Part shown: piece after piece, positions 34,811 to 45,889 of the stretch
How the letters are laid out: every line of letters starts with the position of its first letter
Numbering within the stretch: the first letter of the stretch is position 1
DNA from: Vicugna vicugna
Taxonomy: Eukaryota
NCBI GenBank assembly: GCA_013265495.1
Contig: MU058645.1
Location: 1,220,995 to 1,270,304, forward strand
Direction of reading: 5' to 3'
DNA length: 49,310 nt
Position numbers and translations under genes: made by a program
The notes under the pieces: model-generated
Seen by the model: the letters and a program-made list of their open reading frames with translations, nothing else
Databases searched by the model: none
What the model was told of the DNA's origin: nothing

Positions 34811-36084
34811 TTTAATTCCACCACGGAGTTGGGGCTCTTGGCTCAGCGGGGGGTCTTCTCGCTCCGACACCCCAGGCAGCTTTGTCAAGCAGGACGGAGA
34901 GCCAGAGGCTTGCTTCTGAATACTAACAGGGTCGTGCAGGAGATTCTGGTGGGGACATTGAAAGGCTCTGTCTTTCTACCTGATAGTGTCATGGGCTTCG
35001 GTGTCACTTGGAACATGTCACCCATGCCCAGATGACAGCTGATGGGTACAACTGAACATCACAGTTTGGAGGAAAACCTGTCTTAACCTGTCTGTGTCTG
35101 CTTCGAGCCATGCCTTTTCAACGTCTTATACATGAAAGCCGGTTTGTCTTACCTGGCTACGCCTCTCCGTTTATCCCTAAAAATGCTCACAGGAAGTCGG
35201 TGGTGATGACTTCGATGCTGGATTTCATACGCTGAGCCCATCGTCCAGGATGATGGATAATGAACTAGTTTTCAAATTCCAAATTTGGTGTTTGCCTTTG
35301 GAAACTTGGGTCTTAAATTATTAGAGACAACATGAACTTGAGGCCAACACTCGGTGCCCAGGGGAACACAGTTCATTTCTTTACTTTTGTGTGGAAACTG
35401 CATTTTGCTACAGAATGACACCCCTTAGGCGATGCATTTCCGGGCTGTTACAGCCTTGCTCAGGTGTGCGAAGTCAGTGGTCCGTCCTCAGGAAGCACTC
35501 TGGGCGAGCCCGATGAGCCGGGGTCAGGGCTGGTTACCTCACACGCAGTCTTCTCTTCAGGAACCTTTCTTCTTTCTCATTTGAAAGAAAAAGCATGTGT
35601 CTTTTGTCTTTTTTTTCTGGTCTCAATAAATTCCAAAACAGTGCCATCAGACCCACAGACAGGGACTATGAGAATCTACACGACCCACCCGCTGGGAGGA
35701 GGGAAAGGAAAGGAGAATCGCCAAGGAGAAGGATTTGATTTGTTCCAAGGGGTCATCATTCAGACACATAGAAGTCATTTTCAAAAATGATTCAAAGCCC
35801 GGAACAAACTGCTGGATAGCATGTTGTCAGTAACACTGGGGGCCTGAGATGCAGTTCGTCAGACATAGAGGGACAAGGATGCCAACTAGCTTTGGAAAGA
35901 AATCGCTTTTGCCATATTACCCTTCGCACCTTCCCCTCCCCCTCCTCCCAGCCCCGCCCCACATAAGCTGAGAGCCCCCCGGCCCCGACCGCCGGTGGGC
36001 TAGAAGCATCAAATACGTTTATAGCTGAGGCTCCTAGCAGGCTGCAAAACTATCCTCCTGTAACCGGAATATAGATTCCACAGT

Positions 36085-36090
36085 TTTATT
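36085..36090 (-). terminator. Distal polyadenylation signal AATAAA
   Basis: Plus-strand TTTATT at 36085-36090, ~480 nt after the stop. Same CAATAAAACT context as the proximal signal. Confidence 0.7.
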
Positions 36091-36264
36091 GAATGTCAAA
36101 GCACATTGTTCTGCGCAGCTGCTCACAGAGGTGCCCTGAACTGGCGTTCCTCGTCCGTGACAAACACCTATTACGCGGTCAGCATAAACTCTTCCCTCCC
36201 GGCCTCTGACATCACCCTTGGGGCAGCCAGACACAATTGCTGAATTGCGTATGAAAATTATAGT

Positions 36265-36270
36265 TTTATT
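36265..36270 (-). terminator. Proximal polyadenylation signal AATAAA
   Basis: Plus-strand TTTATT at 36265-36270. On the sense strand a TGTA (CFIm-type) motif lies just upstream (TTGTATACAC-AATAAA) and a GU-rich TTGTGTCT lies ~30 nt downstream. Confidence 0.7.
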
Positions 36271-36570
36271 GTGTATACAACTGAAGGTTGAACTCAGACT
36301 CCTGCTTCTTTCCGAGCTGTATAAAGAAGCGATTCTTCTCTGAGAACAAATAAGCACAGTACACTATTGTAATCTAAGCAACAGGCACTATTTATGTATT
36401 GGACAGCCTCGCTCTCAACAGGGCTAACAGTCCAATGGCCCAGGAGCCACCATTTTAGCAGCTGCAGAAAAGTAAGCAGTAGAAGTCACAGACAATGAGA
36501 TGCTAACGGCAGCACAGACGGCTGAGCCGAAGACGGAGAAGCCTCCCCTGAGCCCCAGCCGCTCCCGCCG

Positions 36571-36731
36571 CTAGTTCAGCAAGCACGACTCGTAGGTGGG
36601 GACCATGTACTTGATGTTGATGAAGGCGTCCTCTCCCCCGTAGCGCTCCAAGACCGCCAGCGTCTCCTGGATCAGGTCACCGACATTCTCCCTCTTCTGC
36701 TGGCTGTAGTCGATGCCGTCTCCGGAGTTGA
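36571..36731 (-). CDS. PACRG: PACRG (parkin co-regulated gene protein, axonemal inner-junction protein), last coding exon
   Basis: Translates to (V)[52 protein letters not shown], the recognisable PACRG C-terminus. The acceptor is ...tttgcatgaaccAG|TC AAC (AG at 36733-36732, phase 1) and the stop TAG is at 36573-36571. Length is 161 nt = 2 nt + 53 codons. The first ~21 residues of the ORF-track ORF are intronic. Confidence 0.97.
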
Positions 36732-38753
36732 CTGGTTCATGCAAACACACAGAGAGGCCCATTATTGCTCTGCAGGTGCCCAAAAAGTCCCACACGTTAG
36801 TCTAGGCATTTTTCTCTGAATGCTTGCCTGAGATGCAAGCATTGGACATTTTTACATGACCCTGCAGCGTTTTAGGAGTGGTGATCAATATACAAAAAAT
36901 ACAAAATCCCAGATTGGAGCTGATGAGAATTTACCCAAACTGAAGAAATCATAGAGTAAATGAAAGTGATCATGGTTATGATGCAGCTCACAAGTCAGGG
37001 AATCTGTCTCAAATCTGAGGATTATTTCTAGAGTTTTCTCTTGGACCTCCTTCTTCAAAATCCCAACACGGCACGGTCAGGAGGAGCCATCTGCTGCAGG
37101 CTAGGGGGCTGGCCCTATGAGATCGGACATGGGCAGACTTTGGAGGGAGAGGCTCAGTCCATCCCCGGGTCTTTGCTGCCTCTGTACGTGGGCATCAGTG
37201 ATCCCAGTGGTAGGCCATCCGAGAGTCTCCCCATCACTCTGGATGCGGCTGGGCGAGGGGGAACCGCCTTTCCGCTGTGGCTGTCCTGACCCCTCACTGA
37301 GTGTTCGGATGACAGTCATCAGTTATGGTATCACAGGGATTTTTGCCGCCACTAGTTTTGGAGTCTGTCAAAGTCTAGGCAGGCGGTCAGCCCAGGGAGG
37401 ACCTGGAGGACCCAGCCAAGGCCTCGCCTCCTGGAGCCTTGAAGCGACCGCAGCGACGCCATTTAGGCTCCGAGGGCAGGGACTCCGGGGCTTGGCCTTT
37501 GGCGGCCCGGGGTGGGGAACCAAGGTCTGGGACGCCTCACTCCACACAGCGCCCTGGGTCTCAAACCGCTTGGATAAGAAATTGCTGACTGCCTTCCACC
37601 GGTGAAACCGCCCAAGTGAGTGGGGGTCTGACCAAAACAGGAGACCCTTTGCCTCAACCCAGACTATTAAAATGTCACTACTTTTTTCTCTAATCATGGA
37701 TAGTACGTGCAAGTTGCATTTCTCTCACAGATTTCCTCAACACCATTTATTCTCCCAGCAAGCTAGTCATCTTTGTGCCTCTGCTGACGTCACCCTACCT
37801 TCTTTCGGATGAAAGGAAAGAACCACAGGGCGGGCGGAGAGGCCCAGGAGGGAGAGGGTGAGCGCTCAGGCTGTGGGATGCCGTGGGGCAAGCGGCTGCC
37901 CCTTGAAAATGTACACGTGACCAGATTAAAGTATTGATGCTATTCAGATTTCACATATAGCTCCAAAATGCTTATCTTGCCCAAATGTGAACATAATACA
38001 GGGGAAAAATGGTATTTCAATCTTTTTTCCCCCAGTTATTTTGGGCATTTTTGAAAAGATGGAGTAATGGCTCAGACCAGTAATAAAGGTAACAATTACA
38101 GACCCACACAGCATAGATAAGCTGTTCTTTTGCTTGATTTTTCTGGAAACTTATTAGAGAAATAGCACTGTCTTCTATAACATAGAGAAAATACATTGCT
38201 CTCTTGATTAGCTTCTTTTGGTGGAGTTGAAGGCAGGCAGAAATATTTCTAATTTTCAAAAAGAGAAAGATTATGAGTCACACAGCTACAGTGTGTATCA
38301 ATTTTTCCTTAACAAATGAACTTAAAATGGTTTGCAAAGCGATTGTAATTAGGTGGGTTTTTCTCTTCCTCATGGTGGAAGCCGTCCTGCTCTCACGTGA
38401 TAAGCTGGATTAAAGTTAAAGCTTGATTTACAGGGTAGTTGATCATCCAAAATATTCATATGTGATTGTTGTCCAGAACAAGCAAGAGATGAAATGTTTC
38501 AACAAAAGGGTTCTCGCCCGATTGTTTTTCAACAACAGGTAAACTTAAAAAAAAAAAAAAACCAAATCATGTAGACAAATACACACTTACACAGGTTCTT
38601 GGCTCTTTTTTCTTTGTCAAAGCTCTACAGCATGGTCTGAGCAGAGAGGGCAGTCCAGATTGCCACCAGGGAGGACAACGGGGTGTCACTCTATGTGGGG
38701 CACTTTCCAGCAGGACATGGTTTTGGCTTGAATCAAGAGAGAAGGAGAGAGCT

Positions 38754-38789
38754 TGTGTGTGTGTATGTGTGTGTGTGTGTGTGTGTGTG
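38754..38789 (+). repeat. (TG)n microsatellite
   Basis: ~18 TG units with one TA interruption. Confidence 0.95.
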
Positions 38790-40699
38790 GAGGGGGGAGG
38801 AGGGGTGATACGGGTGACAGGTGTGAAGAAAAAATGTTATGAAAGAGAGTCCAGAGGAGGGGAGGGACCAAGGCAACATGCTGAGAAGGGCCAGCAGGGA
38901 CAGGGACAGATAACATGTGTGACAAGGGAGATCTGGAAGGAAGGTGCGTGTCAGGAGCAACTACAGCTTCCCGGGATTCCAATCGGGGCAGCAGAGAAAG
39001 GCCAGCAGGTGTCTCTGGCTCAGCGTTGAGGGCTTCTTCCCTCAGATGATAGTCCTGATAAAGTCCTCCTGGTCACGAAAGAGGTGGACACAGGGAGAAG
39101 GTGGTAGGACCAGTGTAGGCACAGCCCAGCCAAGCCTGTGGGACAAACCCCCTGGGGACACATGGGAAACGTAGTTGGTGATGGTGTTGAGCTGTGACAG
39201 CCTTGATCCGGGTCCTTATGGACAAAGATGCGTAAATTAATCACTAATAAATGGTGCCTTTTGTTGGCATATTAGTCAAAAGGTCAAGAACTGAATAGAT
39301 CACGGGACAGACATATTTTCCTGATGGAGGCAGAGGGGGTTGGAAAGTCTGCACACAATGGAAAGCTTAACACACCCTGCTTTTTCCACTGCCTTCCAGA
39401 ATGCTGTAATGACAAGCCACATTTTATTTCAATAATAACCTATTCTTACTTTTTAAAAAAATATTTGACTGTAGGAGTAAGGAAACTATGCAGCTTTCCC
39501 CCTCGACAGTGTATAAACCAAATGATAAAAAGAACAGAACAGAATAAAAGTTGCTTATTCAAAAGCGAGTTGGAGTTGGAATATTTTGTGGTTGCAGAAT
39601 GTGTATCACTGGAGTAGAACAAAGACCACAAAGGATCACCTCCCTTATCTGAGCGCTGTCGTGACGGGCACAGTTTTGTGCCAAGCCACGTTGAGAGGCA
39701 GGTGAGCAGTGTGGTCTCCATTTCAAAACTGCTATATTGTCAGTTTCTTTAAGAATCTGAGCTTAAGGTGATTAGCTTGAGCCCCCATTTTAAATACGTA
39801 TGACACTGTTGGAAAATACACTTGTGAGAATAGGGCGCTTAAAAAAAAAAAACACCACCCAGATGGTGATGTACAATGGTCAGTTCTGATTAGGAAGATG
39901 GCATTTCAATTCAGGAAGCCAGGAGTCTCTTTAACGTCCAGGAGCTAGAAAGATACATGGGTGATGGAAAAGGTACGTTTTATTTATAACCAAACAAATA
40001 GGACTGTAATGACGGTTTAAACCAGACTTCGCATTTCTGAAGGGATGATATGCACATGGGCCAGAACAAGGGCTCTCCCTTCTCTTCCCAGAGATCCTTG
40101 AGTGCAGGAGGCAACCAACCAGTGCTTGAAAGTTGTTCTTGGTTAGGGGTTATTTCAAGTACAGTTACTGTTCTGCACGTTGAAGTGGTTTTCATTATGC
40201 AGGCAGTATGTTTACGCACGTGCATACTCCTTTCCTATCTAACCCCCGTCAAACAGTCCTAACCTGCATTCTTTCCCTTTCTAGATGCCATTTTGGTCAG
40301 CACTGGGGACACGTATATATCCCAGTCTGGTGTCTGTCACTGGCAGCGTTTCAGCTCATCATAGTGAAGTGACCATCGTGACACTAGTCACCCAGGGCCC
40401 CCGCAAAGGAGGCTGCATCAGATGCGCATACATTTCACATAGCTACGCATCTGCAGTGCAGTGGACGTGGGCCAGCAGCAGATGCCTATCATGCAGAATT
40501 TTATTTTTGCATTTTTGCAATTTCTAGACTGTGGAGAAGCTTTATTTTTTTCCTTTCTTTAGTTACTATTATTACAGGAAAAAGGAAAAAAACCAAAAGC
40601 AAAGTGGAATAAAGGACACTTTTGGTGACGAGGGCATGGTCTTCCAGAGTTATTGCTGAGGGTGGCACCGACGGCATCATGTGGCTGTGTTGAAGGCTG

Positions 40700-40795
40700 A
40701 TGTCTTTGTAGGCTGAGCACAGCGCCAGGTACTTCAGGGGAATGCGATACAGGGACAAAAGGCCCTTGCCTTCGGGGAGCTTATCACCTGGGGGA
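40700..40795 (-). mobile_element. L2 3'-end fragment
   Basis: 'gctgagcacagcgccaggtact...acaaaaggcccttgccttcggggagcttatc' resembles the antisense L2 3' end. Confidence 0.45.
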
Positions 40796-43700
40796 GCCTA
40801 GCTGGCCGCCGTCCCTCCAGGGTGCAGTGACCACGCCTGCCTGCCGGGAGAGCCAGTGCAGGAGGCCTCGCCCCTGCTGCTAGGGCTGCCCCTGGAAACT
40901 GCCCTGAAGGAACTCGGGTCTGTGTTTCAGTCAGACGCTCAAGCCCTCGTATCTTAGCACAGGAAGAGCAGCGGGAGAACGGGTGTTCAGCCATGGAAAG
41001 CTTAAGGAGCCTACATTCAAATTTGGATCTTTTTTAATTCCAATGTTTTTGATAAATACTCTTAAATGTTCAATGTATAGATGCTGTTACATGAACAGTA
41101 ATAAACAAAGAAGTTACTGGGACATGAAAGCATTATTTCAGGCATCGGAAATGTAAAACACGTCATTGCTGAGCGCGGGTTGCTCAGCCAGCACACTGGA
41201 AGAATTATTCAGCGGGCACCGAGGGATGAAATAATTGATAACATCTACCTATACTTCCGATCGAGGCTAAGACGATCAGGAGGCACGATGTGGGGAGGAG
41301 TGTTTCCGCTGGCTTTGTGGCTCCCAGCTGGACCACACCGCGGAGGGGCGGGGGTTTGCCGGAAGGAAGGCGCCCCGCCCGCCTCCACCTGTCGTCCTGA
41401 CTTGGTGACTTGGGTGCCTTTCAGAACCAAAGAACCAAACATTCTTAAAGGAAAAACGAGCTTGGGAAACTCAATGACAAGCCACCTGAGTGAATCAGGA
41501 AACGATCAGGGATGACTCAAGTGACGGCCGGACTACCGTAACCAGCCTTCCTTCACGTGAAATACTGCCTGAAATTTTGGAAGCTCTGAATTTGTGACGT
41601 AGCTCGTCGTGCTCAGTAACCACAATGGCTCACGTCACCTCTAAAGTGTGCAGAGGTCCTTTAAACAACTGGGGAAAGAGCAGCTATTGCAACAAACACG
41701 AGGACAGCCTGGCGGCCCAGCATTCACCGCAGCCTGTGGCAGCACCTGGCAGTGAGCTGGGCAGAGCGGCTCCCTCAACGCACCCAGGGCCTAACGGCAG
41801 CTGTAAAACCAAGGCTGTGAGATAAATCGCTGCTGACGCGTCACGGTTTGGCTGCACCCTCCTTTGGTCTACCGCTTCCTTCTCTGGCCATTTGTGTGTG
41901 GGCTCTGATGTGCTGTCAAGTGTGGGCACTTTGCATACACGGTATTTGAACGTGAATCCAGGCCAAGTCCAGCCCGAAGCTTTTCTCAGCATGAGAGCAT
42001 CCATCAATATAAAGCGACTTGCAGAGAACACACCTGTCCAGCAGCTCCCCAGGTGAGCTGCTGGCGAGCTCGGCTTGGAGCAAGGACTCTGGTCCTTCGG
42101 TGTGTACCCAGCCGGGTGGGGGCAATCCCCCTTAAGCAATGCTGAGTGGAATTGAAAAAAACACTAACAGAAGAAACTAAATCATTTCTTTCCGGATCAG
42201 AAAAGGCATTTTTTTGGTTCCTCAAATGCTGAACTGAAACACTTCAAAAGATTTAAAGCTGAACTGAAAGAAGTTTTACCTGTCAAGACCTGTCACCTGG
42301 GAAGTCACCGGTCACAGCAGTGTTCCCTGCCTGGGTTTCAGTGATGTCATCTACTGGGGAAAGAAAGAAAGCCCTGGGGGCCTGCATTTAGGTCCTGGTA
42401 GGGGTGTGTATATGGAATCTACTGCAAACGTTATTGTTAAAAGGTGTTTCTTATCACATTAAATCATCACAGATTTTCTGTTGGATGATTCTGAACAATT
42501 TTTCCCTTTGAGTTTAGTGGATTTAGCAGCTATAAGATGGAGATGATCCCCAAACAGTAATTCCCTGTCCTGCTAACAGGGCATTTAAGCAGACATGTTA
42601 GTTTTAGTGGAACAAAACTAACATTTTCCAAAAGACATTTATAAAAAAAATGACTCCTATCATTAGAAAAAAATTCATTAAAAAGATAATTCATAATATA
42701 TACAGTTGCTTTGAGTTTTTTTTTTCTCTTTTTAATCTGAGTCAAGAAAGGGAGAAAAGACACATGGATGTATTTTGTCTTTTAAGGAATTTTTCAGTTT
42801 AAGACCTACATTAAATTGTCAACATTTGTTTTGCCAGAAATATCTGTTTATTTGGGGTTAGCTTGGGCTCAATTTACTTTATAGAAATAGCACTACCTGT
42901 TTTGGAATAAAGGGGCTTTGGTCCCATAAAGTTTGGAAAATTACAGTGGAAACAATTGTGAATTCCAGTCGGACTCTTTCTGGAGATGAGGGAAGGGAGG
43001 GGTGGGGACGAGGGGGAGACAAGCTAGGACAAAATTCATTTTCTACACTGAATAAGAGAAGAAGCCTTTTGGGGAGATGTTTTGAGCTGATCTGCTTTTA
43101 GAATCCCAAAGAAACGCTTTTTTTCACTTTCTTCTTTCAGCTTTGCTACGTTACTTTGAGGAGACTCATTATTGTTCCTTAACGATAACGTGTCTGCTCG
43201 TTCAGAATTCTGCGTGGGTCCCTGCCTGGCCCAGGCTCAGTCACGGCCTCCGTGGCTGGCTTCATGTTTTCTTGGAAAGTGGTGGTTCTCCTCATACCCT
43301 TAAGTCTGACTGTACAATGGCTATTTCCAGAGTGTTGGCTCATGGCGGGTGTGAATCGAAGTTGCAATGGTTTTGCAACCAAAAACTTATAATAACCAGA
43401 GCATATGTCATGCCAGAGATGCCCAAGGGCTTGAACACTCCAAGTCTCCTCAGATCTTGTTGGCATTAATGAATTCACAAGATTTCTTTCCTCTGAAGAT
43501 AAAAGCTTTCAAGCAAGACCTCAATTCCCAACTAGATGTCTGTCTCTCTCCGTCTCCTTTTGACACTGGAGCTGGGTGACCAAAGCAAGAGGTCTCTGAG
43601 TCATCACAGTTTTGAAAGCTCAAAGAAAGGTTTTCATCTCTCAATGAGGGCAGTGATCACCTAAGAAACTGAACAGATCATGGATCTTGGCCCAATTGTC

Positions 43701-43889
43701 AATTAAATATTTAAATGTTCCTCCAGATAGACAATGAAGATTTCTAAACAATTACCATTTTCCAACTGCAAAGTGGATTTGTTCTGTAGGAAATTAACAA
43801 TGGTGACATTGGAGTGTTGCAATATAGTGGGGAAAACATTGACTTTCAAAGGCAAATAACTTGGCAATATACTTTTTCAAACCTCAGTA

Positions 43890-43990
43890 TCTGCAATGTT
43901 CGATAACTCACTAGATAGTTAACTACGGACAAGTTATCTAATTTTTCTGAATCTCAGTTACTGTCCTTATATAAAGAAGGGACTGAACTT
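43890..43990 (+). mobile_element. MIR SINE fragment
   Basis: 'ggacaagttatctaatttttctgaatctcagttactgtccttatataaa'. Confidence 0.5.
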
Positions 43991-45889
43991 TGATTCATAC
44001 CCAACTTAACATTACCTTATATAATATCACAACACAACTTTGGAACAAGATTTGGAAACGATGGTTAGTCAATGGATGTGTTCTGTTTCAGCTGAAAAGA
44101 TAATTGCAAAGCAACTGTATAATTCTTCAAAGTAAGCCACAAATCTCATAAGCATCAAATTCAGCCTTCAAATCAAGTTCTAAAAAAACCCGGAAGGACC
44201 AATGTTCATATAGTTAGTTCTAGTTTAGAAAGAGAACACTGTCAAAATCTCTAATTGTTGACGTGCTACTAAAATTATTCTATTCTGCTACTTCAATAAG
44301 TCTATATAGATTTTAATTTATTAGAATAAAGACCAAATATATGGGTTGATTTTTTTTATATCCAGTTGACAATAATTTGCCTAGAAAAAGGCAAGTTAGG
44401 TTTATCTCTGATTACTGACTATTTTGAATTGGAAGTTATACTGAGAGAAATAGGTGGGTTCACCAGTTTATCCGTCTACAAGATAATCACGACAGTAAGT
44501 TTGGCGGCCACGGAATCAAGCTGAATTCAAAGTTGTGAGGCGGAAGCGTATCCCTTTTCTTGTTGGCCAACATGGCTCAATGAACAGACGGTGTCTAAAA
44601 GAAGCAGAGCCTTCAAGTCCAGCTCTCGTTCTAAATCTATTCCCTGCTGGCTTATCTCCTGGTGGAGTAATAATAACAATCATGATACCAGCATCGTGCC
44701 ATTTAAAACTAAGAATAGCCCTATGAGCTGGATACTATTACTGTCGCAGCACAGAGGAGCAAACTGAGCTTCAGGAGCTGAAGTCACTTAGGCGAGTGAC
44801 ACGAGCCGTCCGGGACTCTGGGACGTGCGAAAGAGGAGCTGTGGGAGGCGTGGCGTCTGCTGAAGTACAGCGAGCTGGTGATGGAAGATCCAGACAGAGA
44901 GGTCCAAGCATCCTGTGTCAACACGGGCGGGCACACGGCAGCAGAAACTCTGCCTTCCTAACTGAACCCCAGGGAGAAGGAACACCATCAGGAGAGAGGG
45001 TCCCGGTGAATACACATCGAGGGAGAGATTCTACTCCCTGCAAGCAATCAATTCGTATTTCACAGGGCAGCAAGCTGTTCATCTTAGCTTCATTTTGATG
45101 ATACAGACTATCATGTTATCTTTCCTTCTTTATAAGTCCTTGAAATAATGACATCATTTACCAAAATCAAGGCTGACTGATTTTCAGGACTTTTTTTCCC
45201 CCATGTGGTATAGTATGTGAGGACTACAGGAAATTCTAGGATTAACTTCACGGTCCATCCCTCCCCCCTTTATGAGCACTTATGACTTATTTCTCGCTCT
45301 GTAGGTATCAGCTGTGCAGCCTTACAGATGAGGAAATCAGAAGGCTTTAACGTGCACAGGACAGAAAAGCAGCCTGAGTGCCACCATCCTGGGTGCCGTT
45401 GCTACGTGTGGAAGGTACCCCGGTAAGTCAGAGCAGAGGTGCTGGGAAAACCGGTAACTGCAGAACAGGAGGAAGAGGGCGAGAAGGTAAAAAGCAGGCA
45501 TCTTGTAGGTATCGGATGGTCTGTGTATATCTTTTAAAAGGGCCAAAGGGAAGTTTATGAATCAACGTTCAAGGATCCCCTGGGCCCATGAAGACCAGGG
45601 GAATCTCTAGAGTTCCTTCCAGAAGGTGTATCTTAAGATTCTTGGTTAGTCCTTGGTGGAACCTAATGCTGTGTGGCGGCCTGCAAGTGGCCCCAAGAGG
45701 AAAGTGCTGACTCCACCAGTAGTGTGAGCCCTGACTCTGGGCTCAGGAGACCAGCGTCCTCTCTGGATCGTCCTTTCTGTGTTCAGTTTGCCACTGCGCA
45801 GTGCCGGTGAGTCCAGGTGATAAACCCAGTTACGCAGCTTCTACCTGGCCCACCCTGGGTTGTAGTAACAGTCGATTTGGTTTCTCAAA

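Larger units (their letters stand above)
36065..36570 (-). other. PACRG: PACRG 3'UTR (long form; a shorter form would end near 36245)
   Basis: Sequence between the stop codon and the minus-strand AATAAA hexamers. Cleavage positions are estimated at ~20 nt past each hexamer. Confidence 0.75.

Noticed and set aside
36732..36795. N-terminal part ([21 protein letters not shown]) of ORF 36571-36795 as a standalone 74-aa gene
   Set aside because: PACRG similarity starts exactly at the AG acceptor (36732). The upstream part is intron read in frame from a non-ATG start.
37117..37605. 162-aa plus-strand ORF near the PACRG last exon
   Set aside because: No recognisable homology. It lies in a GC-rich intronic patch, so it is not supportable as coding.
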